Part shown: piece by piece, positions 46,403 to 57,140 of the stretch
How the letters are laid out: the number at the start of each line of letters is the position of its first letter
How positions within the stretch are numbered: the first letter of the stretch is position 1
Assembly: GCA_037141455.1 (NCBI GenBank)
Contig: JBAXCN010000004.1
Location: forward strand, 4,325-68,324
Length of the DNA: 64,000 bases
Direction of reading: 5' to 3'
Source of the DNA: Bacteroidota bacterium
GTDB taxonomy: Bacteria > Bacteroidota > Bacteroidia > UKL13-3
Made by a program: the position numbers and the translations under genes
Notes under the pieces: generated by a model
The model's input: only the letters and a program-made list of their open reading frames with translations
What the model was told of the DNA's origin: nothing
Databases searched by the model: none

Positions 46403-47935
46403 ATGAAAATTAGAAATAGTAGAAAGCCTAAATTAATAGAAAGAAACGCGGAAAGAAGTGATTTTGATGAAATAATAACACTTTCTAAAATTTGTTTTCC
46501 CGAAAATGAACCTTGGAAAATGAATGTATTGGAAAGTCAATATAAAATATTTCCAGAAGGAATGCAGGTTATTACTTTTGAAGGAAAAATTGTTGGGTCG
46601 GCTACTTCGTTAATTGTTAGTTGGGATGAATATGATGACGACCATGCTTGGAAAGAAATTTGCGACAATGGTTTAATTACCAATCACGATGAAGAGGGCG
46701 ATACCCTTTATGGCATTGAAGTAATGGTTCATCCTAATTACCAAGGATTAAAAATTGGAAGAAGATTGTATGAAATGCGAAGAAATTTGTGTGAAGACAA
46801 AAATTTAATGCGCATTTTAATTGGAGGTAGGGTTCCTAATTACCACAAACATTCGGAAGAGTTTGGTATAAGGGCTTATGTAAAAAGAGTAGTTGAAAAA
46901 AAAATAAAAGACCCTGTTGTTACTTTTCAGTTAGCACAAGGTTATACCATTCAAAGAATTATAAAAGATTATTTACCCGAGGACGTTGAAAGCGAAGGGT
47001 ACGGCTTATTGTTTGAATGGGTAAATTTAGATTACCAAGCTGAAACAAGGGAAAGAAGTGTGTTGATGAAAAAAGTTCGTATTTGTTGTATTCAATACGA
47101 ACTACGTAAAATTACTTCGTTTAAACAGTTTGCGCAACAATGCGAATATTTTACCGATGTGGCAAGTAACTACAAATCTGATTTTGCTTTATTCCCTGAA
47201 TTATTTACCACTCAACTATTATCGTTACACGAGTACAAAAGTATGAGTCCAGAAGATAGTATTAGAAAGCTTGACGACTATACAGAAGACTATATCAATT
47301 TGTTTTCTAGGTTAGCATTAGAATATAATATAAACATTATTGCTGGTACTCATTTACAAGTTGAAAACGACCATTTATACAATATTTCATATTTGTTTAA
47401 AAGAGATGGAACTTATGAAAAACAATATAAAATTCATATTACATCGAATGAAGCAAAATGGTGGGGAGTGAGGCCAGGCAACGAAATAAAAGTATTTAAT
47501 ACCGATTGCGGTAAAGTGGCTATAAATGTTTGTTACGATGTAGAATTTCCTGAAATGGCAAGAATTGCTTGCAACAAAGGTGCTAAAATACTTTTTGTAC
47601 CTTTTAGTACCGATGAAAAGCATGGACATTTACGAGTTAAATTATGTGCACAAGCTAGAGCAATCGAAAACCAAATAATAGTTGCAACTGCTGGTACTGT
47701 TGGCAATATTCCTTCGGTTGATAATATGGATATTAATTATGCTCAATCGGGTATTTATACACCAAGCGATTTTGCTTTTCCTCCTGATGCTGTAGCTGGT
47801 GAAGCCAGCACAAATATAGAAACTGTAGTTATTGCCGATTTGGATTTAGCGGCCATTGAAAGAGCCCGAAATACAGGCACAGTTTTAAATTGGAAAGATA
47901 GAAGAATGGATATGTATGAAGTATTAGAAAAGTAA
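46403..47935 (+). CDS. Bifunctional GNAT acetyltransferase / carbon-nitrogen hydrolase (nitrilase superfamily) protein
   Basis: 510-aa ORF with an N-terminal GNAT motif (YQGLKIGRRLY). The C-terminal half has nitrilase E-K-C elements (FPE, K.H, CYD.EFPE). Confidence 0.8.
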   Translation: MKIRNSRKPKLIERNAERSDFDEIITLSKICFPENEPWKMNVLESQYKIFPEGMQVITFEGKIVGSATSLIVSWDEYDDDHAWKEICDNGLITNHDEEGDTLYGIEVMVHPNYQGLKIGRRLYEMRRNLCEDKNLMRILIGGRVPNYHKHSEEFGIRAYVKRVVEKKIKDPVVTFQLAQGYTIQRIIKDYLPEDVESEGYGLLFEWVNLDYQAETRERSVLMKKVRICCIQYELRKITSFKQFAQQCEYFTDVASNYKSDFALFPELFTTQLLSLHEYKSMSPEDSIRKLDDYTEDYINLFSRLALEYNINIIAGTHLQVENDHLYNISYLFKRDGTYEKQYKIHITSNEAKWWGVRPGNEIKVFNTDCGKVAINVCYDVEFPEMARIACNKGAKILFVPFSTDEKHGHLRVKLCAQARAIENQIIVATAGTVGNIPSVDNMDINYAQSGIYTPSDFAFPPDAVAGEASTNIETVVIADLDLAAIERARNTGTVLNWKDRRMDMYEVLEK

Positions 47936-47993
47936 TTTTTAATGCTGTAATTTTTTCCAAAACACCATATTTATATTTATAATTAATATTGAT

Positions 47994-48040
47994 ATACCGA
48001 TTACGCAAAACTATTTTCATTCATTTTGCATAATCGGTAT
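47994..48040. terminator. Bidirectional terminator between convergent genes
   Basis: 17-bp stem ataccgattaYgcaaaa / ttttgcataatcggtat (1 mismatch) with a 13-nt loop. A T-run follows on the plus strand. Confidence 0.65.
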
Positions 48041-48068
48041 TGGAGTTTTTTAGATTTTTAACTTAAAA

Positions 48069-48518
48069 TTACTTAATTTTAACTGCAGTTTTTTCTACTT
48101 TGTTTTCAGCTTTTTTTAATTCAATGGTTAAAATGCCGTCTTCCATTTTAGCATCAATTTGGCTTTTGTCAATGTTTTCGTTTAGTTTAAAACTGCGTTT
48201 AAATTTCCCTTCAAACGATTCGATACTGTGGAATTTACGTGTGTCGTTTTCTTTTTTAAAAGTTCTTTCACCACTAATGACTAAAGTGTTTTTAATAATT
48301 TCAACGTTTACGTTTTCTTTTTTAATACCTGGTAAATGAACATGAAGGGTAAAATGATTTTCATCTTCAGTAATATCAACTTTTGGCGAAAATTGATAGT
48401 CGGTTTCATACTTTTTTAATTGATTTTGAAAAACTGAATCAACTGAGTTGAAAAATTGTGAGGGTACTGAGTTTTCGATAAAAAACTCTCTTGCTGGATT
48501 TAAATTTAAAAATTTCAT
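48069..48518 (-). CDS. Hsp20/alpha-crystallin family small heat-shock protein
   Basis: 149 aa from the ATG at 48518, with an alpha-crystallin domain (PKVDITEDENHFTLHVHLPG....V.V......L.ISGER ... DGILTIEL). Confidence 0.88.
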   Translation of the reverse strand: MKFLNLNPAREFFIENSVPSQFFNSVDSVFQNQLKKYETDYQFSPKVDITEDENHFTLHVHLPGIKKENVNVEIIKNTLVISGERTFKKENDTRKFHSIESFEGKFKRSFKLNENIDKSQIDAKMEDGILTIELKKAENKVEKTAVKIK

Positions 48519-48694
48519 AATGTTTTTATTTTTTTTTGATTGATGTATTCTATCGTTCAAATATTTTTCCAATTGAATTATTAAGACAATATGGCTAATA
48601 AATTGAGTTTTAATCAAAAAAATCAGAATAAAAAAGACATAATGGCTTTTTCAATTAAACTAACACCTAAATGATGAATAAAAATTGTAAATAA

Positions 48695-49222
48695 TTATTT
48701 CATTGGAGTAGAAGATTCTTTTTTGAAAAAAGGATAAAGTGAACAAATAATCCCTGACGAATGCATTCCCCATTTGCCGTCAAGATTATCGTTACTTAAT
48801 GGGAAATTATATGAATAATAAAATAAAAATCTTCTAAAAAAACTATATCCCAATACAGGAGCAATTCTTATATCATTGTTTTTATTTGAAATTATATCAC
48901 TTACTTTAGCACCTAAAAAAATAACTGATTCAGTAGATTTAGAAAAGTAATTTAAAAAATTGTAGGTAAAGCTTGGAATTGCATAATCAATGTTATATTT
49001 AGAGGTATAACCAATAGTTAAATAATAACTTAAATAATCCCGTCCTAATTTGTTTTGTTTATATTTTGTGTATCCAAGGCTATAAACAGGATTGCTATTT
49101 TCAAATGCATAATATTGAAATATAATTCCACTGTTAAGTGTTTTTACTTGTGAGTAACATTTTGCAATAGAAATCAAAAAAATAAGAATGGTAATGTAAT
49201 TTTTGTTTTTCATATTAATCAT
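48695..49222 (-). CDS. Hypothetical outer-membrane beta-barrel-like protein
   Basis: 175-aa ORF with a signal peptide and an alternating aromatic pattern. Its start (49222 or 49213) overlaps or abuts the sensor-kinase stop. Confidence 0.45.
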   Translation of the reverse strand: MINMKNKNYITILIFLISIAKCYSQVKTLNSGIIFQYYAFENSNPVYSLGYTKYKQNKLGRDYLSYYLTIGYTSKYNIDYAIPSFTYNFLNYFSKSTESVIFLGAKVSDIISNKNNDIRIAPVLGYSFFRRFLFYYSYNFPLSNDNLDGKWGMHSSGIICSLYPFFKKESSTPMK

Positions 49223-52200
49223 CTTTTCCTAGCGGTAAAACTACTTCAAATACAGTTCCTTCGTTTTCCTTACTTGTAAAACTTATTTTTCCTCCTGCAG
49301 CTTCAATCATATTTTTTACCATAGGTAAGCCTAATCCCATTCCGTATATTTTTGTACTAAAATAAGGAGTAAATATTTTTGAAACATCCGCATTGCTTAT
49401 GCCCTTTCCATTGTCTTGTATTTTAATTATTACACTTTCTTTTTCTACAATTGCATTGATATCTATCAATCCTTTTCTTTCATCAGGAATGGCTTGAATA
49501 GCGTTTTTAATTAGGTTTGTAAAGGTTCTGTTTAAATAATTTCTATCAAAATAAACACTAACAGATTCAGGTATTTGGTTTATTATTTTTACATTTTCTT
49601 CGGCACTGTACAAATAAATAATTGGCTGAATAAATTCTTTTAAAAATATATTTTCAAATTCGGGAGTTGGCATTTTTGCATAATTACTAAACTCACTGGC
49701 TAAATCATTTAAAACATCAATTTGGGTTATAATAGTTTTACTAACTCTATGAAAGGTTTCCTCTAATTTTGGGTGTTTATCATTCCAAGCTCTTTGTAAA
49801 TGCTGAACACTTAATTTCATTGGAGTTAATGGGTTTTTTATTTCATGGGCAATTTGCCTTGCAATGTCTCTCCATGCGCCTTCACGTTCACTTTGAGCAA
49901 GCATAGTAGCACTTTCTTCCAGTTTTTCAATCATTAAATTGTATTGCTTTACCAAGTCGCCAATTTCATCTTTTCTTGTCCAAAGTATTGGCTCATTTTT
50001 CTTACCCAAATTGGTAGTACTTAACTGTTTTTGTATTAAAATTAAAGGGTAAGAAATGTTTTTAGAAATAATATAAGCTATTATTCCAATAACTATAAAT
50101 AGGAGGGCATATAAATTTATAAAACCTACAATTATGCTTGATATTTCGCTTAATAAATCTGCTCTTTTGCTAAAGTATGGCAATTGTGCATAGCCAATTA
50201 AATTATTTTCGTTTTTATAAATTGGAACATAAGCAGCCATGTAGCCAAATTCGGCTATATTTTCTGCTTGGCTAAATTGCGATTCTTTTAATTTATTTAA
50301 ATGGTAAAATGCTGTTGGATTAATCAAATCGGCAATAACCCCTTCATCAAACACTTTACTAATACTACTTGCAATTAATCGTCCATTTAAGTTATAAATA
50401 CTTATATCGGTATCGTAAAAATCGGCTAGTTGGTTTAAATATGCTTTGGTTTCGCTTTGCTTATTATTTATAATAAAACTTGATGCTTCGCTTTGTAATG
50501 TGTTTACTACACTTCTAATTTTCCTACTTAATTTTTCATTTTGCTTGTTGTTATATTCCGATTGAATAAAACTAATTGTAACATACGCAGTAATACTTAA
50601 AGTAATAAATACTATTAAAATAATTGAAACCTGAATTCTAGTTCTAATTAAAACTACATCGGGATCTTTAATAAATAAAAATCGATTTATAAAATGTTTT
50701 ATAAACCTATAAGTTTTTGATTTTATAAAATTAAATCTTTTTAGGAAGCGAGAGTTTACAATAGTATACACCGAAAGCGATAAAATTAAAACCAATGTAA
50801 AAAAAGTAAATATTAACGAAAACAAACCCAGTGGTTCAAAAAAAGCTTCGTCTTTTTTGCTAACTAAAACTGTAAATTGGTTATCAGCATTTAGTTGTAA
50901 ATGCTCAAAGTCGTTTTCGTAAAAGTTAATGTACTTTCCTTTCTCAGTTGTTTTACTATTTACAGTTCTGTAGGGATAATTTCCACTTTGGCTAATTAAT
51001 GCATTGTTCTTGTAAATGGCATAACTGTAATCAAATTTTTTAAAGCCAATGGTGTTACTCGTTCCCTCTATTTGAAGTTCTTCAAATCGGTTTTCATCTT
51101 GAATTAATTTAGGCTGAAGGTGTATAAAAATATATCCTAAATTTAAATTACCATTTTTTATAACAAATTTTGATAAATATCCTTTTAAAAAACTATTTGT
51201 TTTTAAATACCTAAAATAGTCGTTTATAGTTTCAATTGATTGGTTTTTGTAAATTTGATTTAGTTGAAAAAAGGATAGATTATTTCGCTCATTTAAATGA
51301 TTTCCTATTGAATCGTAATCGAAAATAGTTACTTCGTATTTGCTTAAATAGCCAGTAAAATATAGCTGCCTAATGGTTTTCTTAAATTGCGATTTTGAAG
51401 CAATTGGATTTAAAAAGTAATATTTAATTTGCTTGTCTTGTATAATTTTTTTTTCAATGTCCTTTAAAAAGTACTCAGTATTTATATCATTTTGCGAAAT
51501 TAATTTTTCGGCAAAAAGCTTCCTGTTTTCTATGTCTTTTGAGTTTGAAAAATAGTTTATTGAAAAACTAGCTGCAAATGAAATAAGGATGACTAAAATA
51601 AAATAATGCTGAAATCGATTGGCTTTTGGTACAAAATAGTTAAAACAAATAAAAATTAACAAAAAACCCAACGAACCTAAAGTATATACATGAGCTCTAT
51701 CGAAAACGTGGTAAAGAATTAAGGGATGAACAACAAAAAATATCAATAAAATTATGGCGGTAATTAGCCAATAATTAAAATTATTTCTTTTAATAAATAT
51801 AAAAGTATTTTTAATACAAACATGAATTACAACTATGAGAATAACTGCTATTAATAGTCCATAAAAACTAAATTGACTAAGCAAATAAACATTTTTAAGA
51901 CTGAATGATATTTGAGAGTCAAAAACCAAACTTTTAGTACTATCAATACCTGAGTCGACAGCAATTATGGTAAGTAATACAATAAAAATAAGTTTAACAT
52001 ATTTTATATAAATATTTTTTTCATTAATGGCTAAAATACGTTTGGCGTCAATAAGCATAACAAACCATAAAGCCATTAAAACTACTACTAAAAAGTCGCC
52101 TAGCGATGGAACAATATCGCTTGATGCATATACTACAGGGCTAAACAACGAATTATGATACAAATAGGAGGGTAACTGGTAAAAAAGCAATAGTTTTTTT

Positions 52201-52946
52201 ACAATAAACATTACACCAAAAAATAAAAGAGTTCCCAATGCAATATTGAACTGCAAAAGGTAGTTACACAGTAAATGAAAATTGAAACAAAAAATAATTA
52301 ATGCAATGACCGAAAATAGAATTAGCCAAATATTATCTAACCAATCTTTACTAAAAATTTCAATGGAGAATAAGTATTTCCCACTTATATCTTTAATATC
52401 AAAAAAGCTTTTTAATGGCTGCGGACTAATGATTCCGTTGTCTAAAAACAATAAATCAGAATTGAATTTATTGTTTAAATATTGGTTTTTATAGTTATAT
52501 CTTTCATAAATTTTATAAAATAATACGAATTGGAAGCTACCAGTTTTTTTATAATAAGCCAAATAGGAGCCATTATTATTAAGTATTAAACTTATGCCAT
52601 CTTTAAAATTCGAATTGAATTTTAATGTATTTATTAAGTTGCTCGTCCAGCAAATTAAAGTATCGTTTTTAACAATTTGTATAATGCAGTTTTGTTTTAC
52701 TGCAACAGCATTTATATCTAACCAATTTCTTTCAAAATTAACAGTATCTCTTACTAAATTTTGATATGCATTTACTAAACCAAGCTCTTTATTTTTAATT
52801 ATTTCCTGAAGTTTTATATAACTATCAAGTTGTTGTTGTGGGGTGTTTTTTAAATAGCGTTGTTCAGCTATAAACGATATTTGCAAAAGCAAAATCGATA
52901 TAAGAAAACGAATAAATAAAGTACGAAATTTATAGTTTTTAAACAC
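49215..52946 (-). CDS. Large multi-TM sensor histidine kinase (HAMP-HisKA-HATPase_c)
   Basis: 1243-aa ORF with many TM helices, the H-box IAHEIKNPLTP, and N, G1 and G2 boxes (NLIKNAIQA, DNGKGI, GMGLGL). There is no adjacent response regulator. Confidence 0.85.
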   Translation of the reverse strand: MFKNYKFRTLFIRFLISILLLQISFIAEQRYLKNTPQQQLDSYIKLQEIIKNKELGLVNAYQNLVRDTVNFERNWLDINAVAVKQNCIIQIVKNDTLICWTSNLINTLKFNSNFKDGISLILNNNGSYLAYYKKTGSFQFVLFYKIYERYNYKNQYLNNKFNSDLLFLDNGIISPQPLKSFFDIKDISGKYLFSIEIFSKDWLDNIWLILFSVIALIIFCFNFHLLCNYLLQFNIALGTLLFFGVMFIVKKLLLFYQLPSYLYHNSLFSPVVYASSDIVPSLGDFLVVVLMALWFVMLIDAKRILAINEKNIYIKYVKLIFIVLLTIIAVDSGIDSTKSLVFDSQISFSLKNVYLLSQFSFYGLLIAVILIVVIHVCIKNTFIFIKRNNFNYWLITAIILLIFFVVHPLILYHVFDRAHVYTLGSLGFLLIFICFNYFVPKANRFQHYFILVILISFAASFSINYFSNSKDIENRKLFAEKLISQNDINTEYFLKDIEKKIIQDKQIKYYFLNPIASKSQFKKTIRQLYFTGYLSKYEVTIFDYDSIGNHLNERNNLSFFQLNQIYKNQSIETINDYFRYLKTNSFLKGYLSKFVIKNGNLNLGYIFIHLQPKLIQDENRFEELQIEGTSNTIGFKKFDYSYAIYKNNALISQSGNYPYRTVNSKTTEKGKYINFYENDFEHLQLNADNQFTVLVSKKDEAFFEPLGLFSLIFTFFTLVLILSLSVYTIVNSRFLKRFNFIKSKTYRFIKHFINRFLFIKDPDVVLIRTRIQVSIILIVFITLSITAYVTISFIQSEYNNKQNEKLSRKIRSVVNTLQSEASSFIINNKQSETKAYLNQLADFYDTDISIYNLNGRLIASSISKVFDEGVIADLINPTAFYHLNKLKESQFSQAENIAEFGYMAAYVPIYKNENNLIGYAQLPYFSKRADLLSEISSIIVGFINLYALLFIVIGIIAYIISKNISYPLILIQKQLSTTNLGKKNEPILWTRKDEIGDLVKQYNLMIEKLEESATMLAQSEREGAWRDIARQIAHEIKNPLTPMKLSVQHLQRAWNDKHPKLEETFHRVSKTIITQIDVLNDLASEFSNYAKMPTPEFENIFLKEFIQPIIYLYSAEENVKIINQIPESVSVYFDRNYLNRTFTNLIKNAIQAIPDERKGLIDINAIVEKESVIIKIQDNGKGISNADVSKIFTPYFSTKIYGMGLGLPMVKNMIEAAGGKISFTSKENEGTVFEVVLPLGKDD

Positions 52947-52999
52947 CTTATAAGTTTGTGGACTTTAACAAATATAATTTACTCAAAATTAATTTTTTA

Positions 53000-53968
53000 T
53001 TATTCAAAAGTACTTGAATTTAAATAATTGTTTACATAATCAAATACTCCTTCTTCTATTTTAGTAAACGGTTTTGTATAGCCAATGCTTATTAACTTAT
53101 TCATATTTGCTTCGGTAAAATATTGGTATTTGTCTCTAATATCTTCTGGAATATCAATGTAATTAACTTTTGAATTTAAATTTAAGGCTTTAAAAATAGC
53201 ATTTACTAAATCATTCCAAGTTCTTGCTTTTCCAGTTCCTAAATTATAAAGGCCGCTATTTTTTCTGTTTTCCATTAAAAACAAGCAAACATCACACAAA
53301 TCTTTTACATATATAAAATCACGCATTTGTTCCCCATCCTTATACTCAGGCCTATGCGATTTAAATAAACTTACTTCGCCCGTTTTTTTTATTTGATGGT
53401 ATGCATGGTAAATTACTGAAGCCATTCTTCCTTTATGGTATTCATTTGGCCCATATACATTAAAAAACTTTAAACCTGCCCAAAAATAAGGTTTCTTTTC
53501 TTCATTAATTGCCCATTTATCAAAATCGTTTTTCGATTTGCCATACAAATTTAATGGGGTTAAATTATCAAGTTTTAAAATATCATCATCATATCCATTT
53601 TCTCCTTCGCCATAAGTTGCAGCGCTCGATGCATAAACCATAGCAATGCCTTCATTTACACAAATGGCCCATAATTTTTTACTAAAATCGAGGTTTAATT
53701 CTTTAAAAATAGCTTCGTTAGTTTCAGTTGTATCGGTTCTGGCACCAATATGAAAAACAAATTGAACTTGATTTGCGTTTTTTTCAAACCAATTAAAAAA
53801 ATCTTTGCGTTCTACTTTTTCAGTATATTTTTTATTGTTTAGGTTTTTAGCTCTTTCAGGCCAACTATCAAAATCATCAACCAATACTAGGTCGTTATAG
53901 TTGTATTGGTTTAATTTTGCTACTAAACACGAACCAATAAATCCTTCTGCTCCTGTAACTACAATCAT
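53000..53968 (-). CDS. hldD: ADP-L-glycero-D-manno-heptose 6-epimerase-like NAD-dependent epimerase
   Basis: 322 aa from the ATG at 53968, collinear with E. coli HldD (MIVVTGAEGFIGS, ASSAATYG, FNVYGPNEYHKGRMASV, YQYFTEA). Confidence 0.8.
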   Translation of the reverse strand: MIVVTGAEGFIGSCLVAKLNQYNYNDLVLVDDFDSWPERAKNLNNKKYTEKVERKDFFNWFEKNANQVQFVFHIGARTDTTETNEAIFKELNLDFSKKLWAICVNEGIAMVYASSAATYGEGENGYDDDILKLDNLTPLNLYGKSKNDFDKWAINEEKKPYFWAGLKFFNVYGPNEYHKGRMASVIYHAYHQIKKTGEVSLFKSHRPEYKDGEQMRDFIYVKDLCDVCLFLMENRKNSGLYNLGTGKARTWNDLVNAIFKALNLNSKVNYIDIPEDIRDKYQYFTEANMNKLISIGYTKPFTKIEEGVFDYVNNYLNSSTFE

Positions 53969-54058
53969 ATTATTTTTATTAATTAAATTTACTTTAATGT
54001 TAAATATTTTGGCAAATAACTCCATAGAATTGATAAATTCAAATCATTTGTTTTTATT

Positions 54059-55117
54059 GTGCCAATTCTAAAACTCAAAATGATAAAAAATTTTACTATT
54101 AGTTGGCGATATACAAGTTTAATAATTGGTTTATTACTGGTATTTGCAGCGTATAAATTTGCTGCTGATTTACTTTTAAATAATGTGAAAGATGCAAACA
54201 AAAAGGCTTCTTATGTTTATATTAAATCGAACCAAAGTTTCGATAGATTGATGTTTAATTTAAAAAAAGACGAAATTTTAAAAAACCCAGAGTCTTTTGA
54301 GAGAGTGGCTAAACTGTTAGATATAAGTGATAAAATTAAACCAGGCAGGTACAAAATTGAGTATGGTTTAAGTAACTTAGATATTATTAAAATTTTAAAA
54401 TCGGGTAGTCAAGAACCTTTGAACTTAGTTGTAAAATATGCTAAAAGAAAAGAAAATTTAGCTTTAGCACTTTCAAAACAATTGGAGTTAGACAGTGCAA
54501 GTTTGTTGAATATTATTAACGATTCTAACACTTTGAAAAAAGCCAAAATGGATGAAAATAATATTATTAGTTTATTTGTTCCTAACACTTACAATATATA
54601 TTGGAATATTACTGGGCAAAAACTTATTGAAAGAATGATAAAAGAGTACAACACTTTTTGGAATGTAAACAGAACTACAAAATCTATTTTAATGAAACTT
54701 AGTTTGCAACAAGTGGCTACTTTGGCATCTATAGTGATGAGCGAAACCAATAAAATTGATGAAATGCCAATTGTGGCAAGAGTTTATTTAAATAGAATAG
54801 AAAAAGGAATGGCATTACAAGCCGATCCAACAGTACTTTTTGCATTAAACGACAGTACAATAAAAAGGGTTTTAAGTATTCATTTAGCATTCAATTCGCC
54901 TTATAACACTTATTTAAATTCAGGATTACCACCTGGCCCAATATGTATGGCTTCGCCCGAAGCAATTGATGCAGTATTAAATGCTCCACTACATAATTAC
55001 CTATATTTTTGTGCTAAAGACGATTTAAGTGGCTACCACAACTTTGCTGAAACATTTGCTCAACACCAATTAAATGCACGAAAATACCAACAAGAGCTGA
55101 ATAGGAGAGGATATTAG
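54059..55117 (+). CDS. mltG: Endolytic murein transglycosylase MltG (YceG-like)
   Basis: 352-aa ORF with an N-terminal TM anchor and the YceG domain (ASIVMSET, LQADPTV, YNTY...GLPPGPI). The start is GTG 54059 or ATG 54080. Confidence 0.85.
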   Translation: MPILKLKMIKNFTISWRYTSLIIGLLLVFAAYKFAADLLLNNVKDANKKASYVYIKSNQSFDRLMFNLKKDEILKNPESFERVAKLLDISDKIKPGRYKIEYGLSNLDIIKILKSGSQEPLNLVVKYAKRKENLALALSKQLELDSASLLNIINDSNTLKKAKMDENNIISLFVPNTYNIYWNITGQKLIERMIKEYNTFWNVNRTTKSILMKLSLQQVATLASIVMSETNKIDEMPIVARVYLNRIEKGMALQADPTVLFALNDSTIKRVLSIHLAFNSPYNTYLNSGLPPGPICMASPEAIDAVLNAPLHNYLYFCAKDDLSGYHNFAETFAQHQLNARKYQQELNRRGY

Positions 55118-55123
55118 GGATTT

Positions 55124-55260
55124 TGAATGCTGAATTTTTATCACGCAAGGCGTGATTGAATGCTTGTCACGCAAGGCGTGAATGAATGCTTGTCTCGCAA
55201 GGCGTGAATGAATGCTTGTCACGCAAGGCGTGATTGAATGCTTGTCTCGCAAGGCGTGAT
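55124..55260 (+). repeat. Tandem hairpin array: one 33-nt unit plus four 26-nt units
   Basis: tgaatgcttgtcWcgcaaggcgtgaW x4 at 55157-55260, preceded by tgaatgctgaatttttatcacgcaaggcgtgat. Each unit carries the palindrome tcacgc-aag-gcgtga. The array starts 6 nt after the mltG stop. Confidence 0.95.
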
Positions 55261-55304
55261 TTAATTATAATTTGAAAAACAATTCTATCAACCATCAACT
55301 ACAG

Positions 55305-55475
55305 CCCTAACTCAACAAATCAATAATCTCATTCACATCTATTGTTTTAATAAAGCTTTCTTCTGTGGTTATAAGGCTATCGGCCAATAGTTTCTTTTTT
55401 TGTTGCAAGGCAATAATCTTTTCTTCTACTGTATGTTTGGTTATAAACTTATAATTAAATACCGATTTAGTTTGT
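55305..55475 (-). pseudogene. Detached duplicate of the last 57 codons of the SNF2 helicase gene
   Basis: 171 bp with 164/171 identity to 57219-57389. It reads QTKSVFNYKFITKHTVEEKIIALQQKKKLLADSLITTEESFIKTIDVNEIIDLLS-stop. There is no helicase body upstream. Confidence 0.85.
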
Positions 55476-55513
55476 TTTGTACAACACTAAATTTTTTGTT
55501 TAACAATTTAACA

Positions 55514-56497
55514 TTACTTAATTATTTCAGCAATTTTTTCTAAATCTTTCTTTTTAAAGTTATAGCTAACTGCTGTATATTTTGAATACAACATATTACC
55601 TGTTGTTCCTTCAAAAATACTAACAAACTTATCTGTTGATGAACGAATATATGACAAGTACAAGAATTTTTCTTTTCTATTAAGTATCATGCTATCAAGC
55701 TTAGTTTGATTTAAAAAAACAATTGTAAAAGGTAAGTTTTTTATGGTAAGATTTTTTTCTTTAAATAAATTAACCCAAACAATATGGCTTTTTTTCTCCT
55801 TATCTTCTTTTATATATTCTGGTAAATAAAGTGTATCATTCTTTAAGTATTTTAAGTTATTTAAATCTAAAAATTCAGTAAATTCTCCACAAGTATTTCC
55901 TTTAATAACTAAATCGTTTATCCTTTTAAAATAACCTTTTATAAAACCTGGACTCCAATTTCTAAAGTGAATAATTGATTGTAATAATTTTACCATAGTT
56001 ACTTCATCCGATACTTTTTCAGAATACTCTTCAGAATCATATATCTTAGCCCACATATCATCTTCTGGAAAAAGTGCTATGCGACTTATCAATACCCAAT
56101 CTTCAACTGCTCCATTTTTGTTTAATTTAGGAAACCTTAAGTCATAAAATATGTGTGTGCTACGTCCTCCTCCTTCTTTATATATCACATAGCCTCCAAA
56201 ACTTGTAAAAGCACAATCAGTTCTATTAGCATATTGAATTAGTTCGCTAGGAAGAATTACTTTAAATTTATTTACAGTCCATACTTGAGTTAAGGCCATT
56301 TCAAATTCACTTTTTATTAATGAATCGTTGTTTTGTAATACAAAAACAGTTGTTGTTTGATTTCTTAAATTTTCAACATTTTCTTCAGTAAGTTTCCCGC
56401 TTCTATTTAGCTGAGGAAGTTCTGCTGATCCAACTTGAATTTGAGATTTGGCATATAAAGTTACTAATAAAAACAGTATTGAAATAATTTTTTTCAT
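55514..56497 (-). CDS. Hypothetical secreted protein
   Basis: 327-aa ORF with a signal peptide and no recognisable domain. Confidence 0.5.
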   Translation of the reverse strand: MKKIISILFLLVTLYAKSQIQVGSAELPQLNRSGKLTEENVENLRNQTTTVFVLQNNDSLIKSEFEMALTQVWTVNKFKVILPSELIQYANRTDCAFTSFGGYVIYKEGGGRSTHIFYDLRFPKLNKNGAVEDWVLISRIALFPEDDMWAKIYDSEEYSEKVSDEVTMVKLLQSIIHFRNWSPGFIKGYFKRINDLVIKGNTCGEFTEFLDLNNLKYLKNDTLYLPEYIKEDKEKKSHIVWVNLFKEKNLTIKNLPFTIVFLNQTKLDSMILNRKEKFLYLSYIRSSTDKFVSIFEGTTGNMLYSKYTAVSYNFKKKDLEKIAEIIK

Positions 56498-56504
56498 TAG
56501 TTAT

Positions 56505-57140
56505 TTATTTTGAAGATTCTTTTTTAGTACTCTTTTTGGCAAGACTATATGTTACGCCTAATTTAGCACTAGAATATAAAGTATTGAAATAGCCATTTTT
56601 ATCAGTAAAACCAATCATTGTGTTAAATCTGAATGAAATTCCTATATTTTTATTTATTGGAAATTTACCTCCAATTACTGGAGCAATAGCAAAACCACCA
56701 CCGCTATACGGAATGCCACTTATTCCATTATTTCCCTCTGATTTCCAAAATAAATAACCAATTTCCCAACCTCCATAAACATTTTTACTTTCCTCAAAAA
56801 TATAAGCATCTAATGTAGCCATCACAGATGTTGTTGAATAAGAAGTTATTTCAGCATCTTCAAGTTTTTGTAGGCTTAATGATCTATTGTAGGGGTCATT
56901 TTTTTTACTATCAAAAGTATAATTGCTTACTATCATTCCAAAAGCGAAAGGCCCAACATTTGATTTGTCTTTTAAGCGGTAGCCAACTTGAAACTCCCCA
57001 CCTACATAACAATTTTTAAGTTCTTCTTCTATATCAAAAAAAGGGAAAGCTGTTCCATAATAACCTGTTGCAAAAAATTGTGCATTTGATTTTGTTTGAA
57101 TACTTAAAAGTATTGTTACGATTAATAATAGTTTTTTCAT
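56505..57140 (-). CDS. Hypothetical small outer-membrane beta-barrel protein
   Basis: 211-aa ORF with a signal peptide ending NAQ, a Gly/aromatic-rich alternating pattern and a basic C-terminal tail. Confidence 0.5.
   Translation of the reverse strand: MKKLLLIVTILLSIQTKSNAQFFATGYYGTAFPFFDIEEELKNCYVGGEFQVGYRLKDKSNVGPFAFGMIVSNYTFDSKKNDPYNRSLSLQKLEDAEITSYSTTSVMATLDAYIFEESKNVYGGWEIGYLFWKSEGNNGISGIPYSGGGFAIAPVIGGKFPINKNIGISFRFNTMIGFTDKNGYFNTLYSSAKLGVTYSLAKKSTKKESSK

Noticed and set aside
55070-55252. 60-aa ORF reading through the 26-nt array. Likewise, ORF 22656..22892 reads through the 65-nt repeats.
   Set aside because: The periodic peptide (RDKHSITPCV repeated) is an artefact of translating tandem DNA repeats. 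The first also overlaps the mltG 3' end on the opposite strand.
55124-55260. Possible CRISPR array. The same question applies to 60410-60494 and 22731-22996.
   Set aside because: The units are directly abutting, or separated by 6-nt A-runs, with no unique spacers of repeat-like length. The 26-nt period is too short, and no cas genes are in the window.
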